NCBI GenBank assembly: GCA_965644315.1
Contig: CBFFRQ010000054.1
Span: forward strand, 310,001-374,000
Origin: Caecitellus pseudoparvulus
Taxonomy: Eukaryota; Protista; Bigyra: Bicosoecida
DNA: 64,000 nt
Direction of reading: 5' to 3'
A program made the translations under genes and the position numbers. Below the pieces are notes generated by a model. That model was not told the DNA's origin. It saw only the letters and a program-made list of their open reading frames with translations, and did not search any database. This document shows, in pieces, positions 56,595 through 64,000 of the stretch; positions within the stretch are counted from its first letter, which is position 1, and each line of letters opens with the position of its first letter.

Positions 56595-57403
56595 GGCGTG
56601 GTGGATGCAGATTCCGCACTTGATTCCCACGCAAGCCACCTCGCCGGCACAGCAGCAAAGGAGGCTCAGCGCAGTATCAGCAGACCGCCTGTATTCCACC
56701 ATCCAATACGTGCTGAAACCGAGTGTTGGTTTTGACACGCTCATGACAATGATGCCCCATCTGCCCAGGCTACCACGCTGGCGCCCAGGCCCCAGCTCCC
56801 ACCTCCACAAGGCTCAGGTGCATTCCCTGGTTCACACACGCTGGTCATCCCCAGGCCTGGCCGTGGCGGGAGCAGCCCTTGCGGTGTAACATGGAGCCCC
56901 CCCTCACCCCTCGCCCCTTGCTCCAGGGACAGCTGTGCTGCCCACACTCCACCAGTACCACGATGCAAGTGTCACGGTGTGTGTGGTTGCCTCAATGCCA
57001 GGCTAAACGCGGTGCGTGCGGCATTCGGTGCATTCCCTCGCTTCCTCCCCCGCACTGCACCCACGCACAAACCAGCCCAAGCCGAGGAAGGCGGCAAAGG
57101 GCCGTGCCCAACTGCATCCAATACCTCATGCTGTGCTCTCGTGAAGGCCATGCATGTTGAGGCCCGTGCGCTTGCTGCACTTGTGAAGCGCAGAAAGAGT
57201 CGCAGCAGCAGGCATACACAGTTTGTTGGGCAGCTCTGCCCGCTCACTTCTGCACAGAGGGGCGGCGAAGTCAAACTCCCCGAAGGGCCTCGGCAAATTC
57301 CGTTCTCAATGAGAGCACCACCCCTTGCCGCCCCTCCCTGCTCCGTTGGCTTGTCCACTCCTTCAGCGCGAGACCAGCTTGGCGGAGAGAAACGCTCGCC
57401 AGG

Positions 57404-60400
57404 ATGCAGGGCACACAGTCCATCAGCAGCCTGGCCTCTGCGCCCACAGTGGCTCGCAGGAAGGTGTACTCCTTTGACCGCCTCCGCACTGCACTGCGGG
57501 CCGTCATCCTCGAAGACAGGGAGCCGCTGCTGGACATATTGCAGGTGCGGAAGTTGCTCTGTGTGCAGCGTCGCTGCATCCACGGCTCGCTGCACCGCCT
57601 CCCTGCAGAGCGCCGCTCGGGGCAGCGATGAGTACATTGAAATTGCGCCGCTTGTCGCGACACTGGATGCCCTGGGGGTGCAGGTGCGGGACGATGACAT
57701 CCTCATGCTGCTGCAGCGCTTCAAGCACCCGGTGCTGGAGACGGCAGTCAATTTCCGCAAGCTGCACGCGGCGCTGGGCACCCTGCCACCTCCCTCGCAC
57801 ATGGACCCAGAGGAGGTGCGGGACTCCCTGCCACATCCTTTTGACTTCATTCAGGAGGTGCTGGACGGCCTCTTGACTCGAGTGTGGCGCAAGGTGCAGG
57901 CGGGGTCAAGCAACCCGTCACTCGCAGCACACCGCAGCTCCAAGCACTTCACGCCGCTCCTGGCACCAGCCGACAGCGCGGTGGCAGAGGAGGGGGGTGG
58001 AGTGGAGTGTGTGAGCAGTGCCGGCGCAGGGTCAGTGCTGCTGCGTTGCCACGCAGATGGCCGAGTCACTGCCAGTGATGGCTCCGCGGCACTCCCCAAT
58101 GCCACCCCCTGCTCCTTCCCGGCCTTTGTTCCGGGTGCGCCTGTTCCGAAACGCACGCCAGCGCCACCTGCCTGGCGCCCAGCTGGGCCAGACATGCCCC
58201 CTGGCCTGGCTGCTGCGTTGCAGGCTGTGCTGACGTGGTGGGGGGACGGGTCGGGAGGGGCCCTGCACGACACCCCCCTGCAGTACAGTGCGAGGGGGGT
58301 CACGGCAGCGCCCACGGCACCCGCCCCCCCTCCCGACCACCATCGCCCGCGAAACGCAGCAGAACTGTACAACGCCTTGGCCGAGCGCGTCACGGGGGGC
58401 ACGTCAGGGGCGGGTCACGCCACGCCCCGCATCGCGCCAGGAGACATTCCTGCCGCCATCGCCGCAGGCCCAGCACTGGCGGCACTGTTGGGGCGTGGCG
58501 GGGGCCGACCAATTTCCGCAGGGGCAGTGGCGCCCCCCGTCTCGCTGTGGCCTGCCGAGGCGCCGGCTCGGGGGGCCCTTCTGGTGCTGGCAGTGGGGTT
58601 GGAAAGTGCCAGTGGCGTGCGGTGTGGGTCAGAGGTGCGGTGGTTCCACGTGTCTGCGGCGGCGCTGGCGGGGCGCGGCCAGGCGCAGTCCGATGCAGCT
58701 GCGTTGCAGGCTGCGTTGCAGGCTGAGCAGGGCGAGGCAGGCGGCGGCGATGGTGAGACGCTGGAGGGGCTCGTGGCTGCGCTGAGCAGCGTTCCCCAGG
58801 AGGGCATGCTGCCCAACACGGTGTGTGGCGATGTGCGGTGGCTGGCGGCGGCACGCCTGCCGGCACGGGTGGACGGCCTGCAGGTCAGCGTGGACGGGCG
58901 TTACACCCACGTTTCGCTCGCGCCCCTGACGCCCCCCGCCGAAGCCCCCCACAGCGCCGCGCTGGCCTGTGCATCCCGCCTGCTGTCCAGTCCAGTGTTT
59001 ATATATCACCACCACCCAGCGATATTCGCACCCGCCCCCCCCGCTCCCACTGTGGATGTTCGCACGCTGGCCATGCAAAAGGCTGATACGGCGGTGCTGG
59101 GCGGGGGGGGTGACGCGCCCAGTGACTCCGAGTCAGACGACGCGTCGTCAGAGGCAAGCGGCGCCTCTGGGCCCACCTCCGGCCGCATAGCCCGAGCATT
59201 GGAGCTGCTTGCCACACCGCCCCCCCCCGCCCCGCTCGTGCCAGCCCCCTCCTCCCCACCCTCGTCATCCCCCCCCCCAGCCCGCCTCCTACACCCCCTT
59301 CTGCGCCCACGTGGTGGGTGTCCTGGAGGGGGACACCCCCCCCCGCCCCGCCTCAGCCCGCAAGGCCACACCGAAGTCGCATCGCAGCAAGGGCGCGGGG
59401 GCGACGGAGGCCGCAGAAGCGTGTTCCGAAGCCGGAACACCACCGCCCCCGCCCCCACCCCCCACCAGCGTGCTGCTCACACAGGCCCCAGCACAGGCTG
59501 GCGGCAGTGGCACGCTGGATGGGGGGGTGTCCTGTGTCTGGGATGGGGGGGGTCCCGTGCTGGGCAGGGGGGTGCTGCCGCAGTGGGATGGGAGGGGGGA
59601 GCAGGGCAGTGCGACTGCGCCCCCCTCAGTGGTGTCGGCGGGAGTCACTTCCAGACGCTCACATGCAACGCAGCACAGCTCCCGCAGCGGCGCGTTCAGC
59701 ATGGCCTTGACTCGGCAGGGGGGGCGGGCTCCCCTGCGCAGTGGAGGGGGGGGTGGGGACGTGGGACCCCCCCTCGTACCCCCCCTGAACGCCCCTGGCA
59801 CAGGCACAGACCCCCTGGCCGAGTCACTGGTGGTGGTGTGGGCCCACCCCCCCGCCTCCAGCGTGTGTCGGTACGCTCTTCCGCTGGCACTGGTGGCACC
59901 GCATCGAGCGCGCAAGGTCGGCATGTCGCCGTGCGACCAGGCCTGTGCGACCATCGGCGCAGGCACGCCCTGGCGAGTGGATGGCTGGTTGTGGGCGTGG
60001 CCGTGGCGAGCGGCACTGGTGGAAGGGGTGTTGGGGGGGGGTGGGCCCACCCCCCGCTCAGAGGGCGTGCTGCCCAGTGTCGAGGCGGGGCGGGAGGGGG
60101 TGGCCGCGTATTACGCAGATGTCGCGCGCGCCGGCCCCGGCGAGGTGGGGGTGATGCCGCGTGAGTCGCCACCCCCCCCCCAGGACCCCGCATGCCCCCC
60201 CCCCCTTGCCACCATGTACGTGCCCGAAGGAGTCACTGCAGCTGCCCTGGACTGGCCGCCAGCTGGGGGAGGGGGGGTGGCGCCGGGGGATGCACACCCC
60301 CCCCTGTCAACGTCGACCCCCCCCGTCACCCCCCTCGTGCCCCACACCCGCCTCGTCGCCCTCGGCACCCGCAGCGGGACCCCCCTCATCCTGCACACAT

Positions 60401-61752
60401 CCACGCTGTCCCTGCACAAGGCCCTGCCGCCCCCGGCGGCATCCCCCGCACCCCACACCGCTGTCGCCGTGTCGCCGTCTGGTCGCTGGCTGGTCGCAGG
60501 CGACGAGGCGGGCGGCGTGTGCATCTGGGACCTGGCCTGCCGCCACGCCTCCCCCCTGGACATGCCGCATGGCCAGCTGGGGGCCATGCGGAGGCTGCTT
60601 GCCGTGGGGGGTGCAGGGGGGGGTGCACGTGGCAGTGGGCCCACCCCCCCCCCAGCGACCAAGGCACCCCCCTCCACCACGCCCTCCTACATGCGCGCCA
60701 CGTCATCCTCCACGTCCCTGGCGCGCGCTCCCTCACGTGACTCACGTGGGCCCATGAAGCGGACCGGTGGCCCCACCCCCCGCACGCCTCTGGATGTCCA
60801 CGGCCTCACACGGCGTGCGCTGGGCAGCGGCCAGGGGGGTGCGGAGTGGGGCTGTGTTGCGGGGGCGGCGTCATGGGCCCATGCCTCCGCAGCCTTGGCC
60901 CACGCCCCACCCGGTGCCCACCCCCTCGCCACTGCCCAACACATGGCACGGGCAGTGCACTCTGGGCCACTGGTGGCGCTGCGGAGGGATGGGGGTGGGC
61001 CCATCACCCGCTTGCAGTTGCTGGAGGTGGCGCCACGCGCCGCCCCCGCCGACACCGCCCCCCACCTCCCCACCCTGACGTCCCTTCAAGAACCCCCCCC
61101 TGACACACTCGCTCAGGGGGGTGCCCCCCCCCCTCACGGCACGTGGGCATCCCCCCTCCCCCTCTGCCTTGCAACGTGTGCTGGTCAGGCTGCCGCCGCA
61201 CCGCCCTCCACCCACGTGTTGGACCTCCCGGCAGGGGCCCTACTCGGAACACTCCACGGAGAACACGCGGTAGCAGTGTCCAGTGACCTCATTCTACCCC
61301 ACACCCACAGCACCGCGCCCGTCCAATTGCAAGACCTGCTGGCTGCTGCGTTTCCAAACGCACCAGCTGACCAGCCCCTGCTACCCTGGCTCTGGAGCAG
61401 CACGCCCCTGCAGCGAGCCGTCGCAGGGGGCCACCTGCCAGCAGAGCTGGGGACAGACACGCCCGACCCCCCCTCCGAGCCGGCTGGACCCCCCCTCCTG
61501 GCCACCCACTGTCGCACCGCCTCCACCCGCCTGCCCAGCACCCCGCACCGCAGCACAGCCTTCGCCCAAGACGCTGGGGTGGACCCCTTAGAAGAGGCCC
61601 TCCGTGGCACGCCCAGTGACACACCCATGCAGTGCGTACGAGGTTACGCCGCCACCCGCACGTCGCAGCGCGACCAGCGCGAGGACAGGTCGGCACATCG
61701 CCTGGCCGCCCTGTCAGCTGCGCTGCGGGGGGGGGCGGGTGAGCCCATGTGA
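57404..61752 (+). CDS. WD40-repeat protein, WDR93-like (intron 57545-57608; frameshift in C-runs near 59220-59280)
   Basis: DSLPHPFDFIQEVLDGLLTRVW resembles the WDR93 N-terminal DSLPQPY..I..L..LL...W motif. WD-like segments: LQVSVDGRY, LVALGTRSG, AVAVSPSGRWLVAGDEAGGVCIWDL. Confidence 0.5.
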
Positions 61753-61770
61753 ATGCACGATCTTGCATTG

Positions 61771-62943
61771 CTATTCCACCTTCAGGCAACCCAGAACACC
61801 CGCGTGTTCCACGTTGTACGGCCACACAGCCGTGTCGGCAGCTGGCAAGGGGGGCAGGGTCAGCGGCACACCCCGCACCGCAGCCGCGTCACCAGTCACC
61901 GCCTCCGACGGCAAGGCGACGTCTGCCAGCACACGAGCCAGCAGAGCGTGGTTGGCACCGCCCAGGCGCCCCGCCATGCGCCCACTGCCCGCCTCAACTG
62001 CCAGGAGGGGGAGCAGGGTGGGGTGCGCAGCCGCCGCCCCAGTCACCTGCGCGCCCCACGCGACCAGTCCGATGTCCAGAGGTCGCAGCGACCCCCGCGT
62101 CACCAGTGCCGTGTCTCCCAGCGCAGCAGCGGCCTCCTGCGGCACGGCACGGCCTTGCTTCGTCAGCACCCCCCCTGCCCACAGACTGGTAGCCAGAGCA
62201 GCAGATGGCAGGTGCAGGCCTGGGCGGCAGGCAGCCCACGTGGCGTCCAGCGCGTCAGACGGCACACTGCTCGCCTCCTGCATGCCCAGGCAGAAGAGCA
62301 CCTGAGCCAGGTCGGTGCCCGACGCGCCACCTGCCAACCCGCCCCAACGCGACAGCGCTGTGGACAGCACCGGGCCCGCCTCGGGCAGATCGCCCAAGGC
62401 AGGAGCCATGTGGCCCAGCGCAGCCAAGGTGGTGGACACCTCCTTCACGCTGGCGTGGCCGTCGCCCAGTGCAGCAGCCATGTGGCTGAGGCCAGCCTCC
62501 ACAAAGCTTTGCGCCGATGGCGTCAGGCCACGCAGGACAGTTGGAGGCGCCACCTCGGCGGAGAGAAACACGCCTGTGCCGGGGTTTGCCACCTGACCGA
62601 TCCCCAACAAGGCCTTGGCGACCATGGCCGTGCTCCATGCGTCGCCGTGGGCTGCCAGGTGAGCAGTGGCGGCTGAGCACAGCGCCTCATATTCCGCACT
62701 GCCACCAGCGGCATACCCACCAGCCTTGCGCGGCACCCACTGCAATGCCGCCGACAACGCCTCCGCGTCAAAGCTCCCTGGTTGCATGGTGAATGCTTCC
62801 AGGATGTGGGCGTAGCTGTTGGTGGCCTTGGACAGCTTCACCAGCTGGGCAGCGGCGCGGCTGGCCATGCCCGCTGTGATGGTGGTGTGCACAGCGCCAG
62901 GCCTGGCGGCGCAGCGCACTGCACTTCGGCACAGCGCTTGCAT
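61771..62943 (-). CDS. Helical-repeat protein (OPR/FASTK-like), probably mitochondrion-targeted
   Basis: Arg/Ala-rich, acid-free N-terminus (MQALCRSAVRCAARPG..). Recurring helices EVSTTLAALG, DLAQVLFCLG, ALATSLWAGG, DIGLVAWGA. Confidence 0.45.
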   Translation of the reverse strand: MQALCRSAVRCAARPGAVHTTITAGMASRAAAQLVKLSKATNSYAHILEAFTMQPGSFDAEALSAALQWVPRKAGGYAAGGSAEYEALCSAATAHLAAHGDAWSTAMVAKALLGIGQVANPGTGVFLSAEVAPPTVLRGLTPSAQSFVEAGLSHMAAALGDGHASVKEVSTTLAALGHMAPALGDLPEAGPVLSTALSRWGGLAGGASGTDLAQVLFCLGMQEASSVPSDALDATWAACRPGLHLPSAALATSLWAGGVLTKQGRAVPQEAAAALGDTALVTRGSLRPLDIGLVAWGAQVTGAAAAHPTLLPLLAVEAGSGRMAGRLGGANHALLARVLADVALPSEAVTGDAAAVRGVPLTLPPLPAADTAVWPYNVEHAGVLGCLKVE

Positions 62944-63216
62944 ACTGGGCGTCTAGCACAGAAGGCTCCTATCCCAACCGCGGTCACTCCCAACGCACGT
63001 TGGTGCGGTTTGGGCAGGTCAGCGGTGAGGCCTGGAACACGGACCCCTCGCTGCAGCCACCGACCCTCACGGGCGGCGGCAAAAACGTAGCGGGCGGCAC
63101 GCAGCACCACGAGGCGCGCAGAGCATGTTAGGTAGCACGTTGGGTGTCGGTGTGTGGCGCCAGGCTGCCGCTGCCACAGTGCATTGACCCCCCTCCAGCC
63201 CACATGGAACCCCCCC

Positions 63217-63625
63217 TCAGAAGATATCATCGGGGTCGAAATCAGACCCATCCGCGCTGAACGCCGCACTGCTCCTGCCACTCGTCTCCCCTGAGCCCTC
63301 CAACTCCACCTCCTCACCCTCACCAGAGTGCAGATCACCCCCCCCCTCCCCTCCCCGCGCCCACGCCGGCACAAACGCAGACATTCCCATGCCGCTTGCA
63401 TCGGCACGCCGCAGCACCTCAGCCCTATACGGATCGGCCGATGGCGCTGGAGCTGATGCTGGAGCTGGTGCTGGAGCTGGTTCAAGTGCTGGCGCTGGAC
63501 CTGGACCTGGAGCTGGAGCTGGAGCTGGTGCTGGTGCTGGTGCTGGTGCTGGAGCTGGAGCTGGTTCAAGTGCTGGTGCTGGAGCTGGAGCTGGTGCTGG
63601 AGCTGGAGCTGGTTCAAGTGCTGGC

Positions 63626-63685
<60 letters not shown>

Positions 63686-63739
63686 TCAAGTGCTGGAGCT
63701 GGAGCTGGAGCTGGAGCTGGAGCTGGTTCAAGTGCTGGC

Positions 63740-63770
<31 letters not shown>

Positions 63771-64000
63771 CTGGTGCTGGAGCTGGAGCTGGAGCTGGAG
63801 CTGGAGCTGGTTCAAGTGCTGGAGCTGGTGCTGGACCTGGAGCTGGAGCTGGAGCTGGTGTTTGCACGCTAACGGGCTGTACCTCAATGACTGGAGTAAC
63901 TTGTGTCGCTCCTTGGCTGACTCCTCCGTCACTGCTTCGGGAGTCACTACGGAACGCTCCACCCCTCGAGACCCCCTCCTCTCTGCTGTGATGTCTACTC
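63217..64000 (-). CDS. 3' end of a gene with a long Pro-Ala linker (begins beyond the window)
   Basis: The frame is open from the window end through (PA)n/ALEP units to ...DPYRAEVLRRAD..SDFDPDDIF*. Confidence 0.55.
63443..63860. repeat. Hexanucleotide (GCTGGA/GCTGGT)n coding microsatellite with periodic GGTTCAAGT interruptions
   Basis: Directly visible tandem repeat. Confidence 0.95.

Larger units (their letters stand above)
51540..56850. repeat. Tandem duplication units of the minus-strand ankyrin cluster, including conserved intergenic spacers
   Basis: The spacer GACAATGATGCCCCATCTGCCCAGGCT..CAGCTCCCACCTCCACAAGGC.CAGGTGCATTCCCTG recurs near 51555, 55540 and 56745; a degenerate copy is near 54035. 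Confidence 0.8.

Noticed and set aside
59200-59290. Programmed ribosomal frameshift in the WD40 gene (also near 19610 and 45717)
   Set aside because: The WD40 shift falls in long C homopolymers typical of sequencing indels; none of the three sites shows a clear slippery heptamer plus stimulatory structure.
62838-63991. Poly-Gln/Leu, Gly-Ala and Leu-Glu ORFs
   Set aside because: These are alternative-frame readings of the hexamer repeat; only the PA frame has a plausible unique C-terminus.

Overview
GC-rich, gene-dense eukaryotic nuclear DNA with short (mostly 60-90 nt) GT-AG introns, from a flagellated protist. Gene content suggests a heterotrophic, possibly stramenopile-like host (inference only). 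Housekeeping blocks lie at both ends. Left (1-22.5 kb): 5' end of an SF3A3/PRP9-like gene, an F-box/multipass membrane gene, a DNAH1-like inner-arm dynein heavy chain with one in-frame TAG, an L-gulonolactone-oxidase-type flavoenzyme, an unknown gene, and RPS2 with an unusually long, structured intron. Right (57.4-64 kb): a WDR93-like WD40 gene, a helical-repeat gene probably targeted to mitochondria, and a Pro-Ala-repeat gene cut by the window end. Between them is a ~34 kb accessory region containing: (i) an ~8.25 kb Mutator-like element bounded by a candidate 9-bp TSD, whose transposase is fused to a degenerate RecQ-like helicase and a Tudor domain; (ii) a Crinkler/RHS-type NTPase + restriction-endonuclease-fold effector whose N-terminus is built from 441-nt phase-0 exon modules, plus a tandem paralog that has modules but no toxin part; (iii) a decayed hAT element; (iv) seven paralogous ankyrin-repeat genes or fragments with constant caps, 2-16 repeats and variable binding-surface residues, flanking a KNL1/Spc105-like gene and an inverted fragment of it. 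Several frameshifts at homopolymers suggest residual assembly errors. All protein identities come from motif recognition by eye, not database searches.
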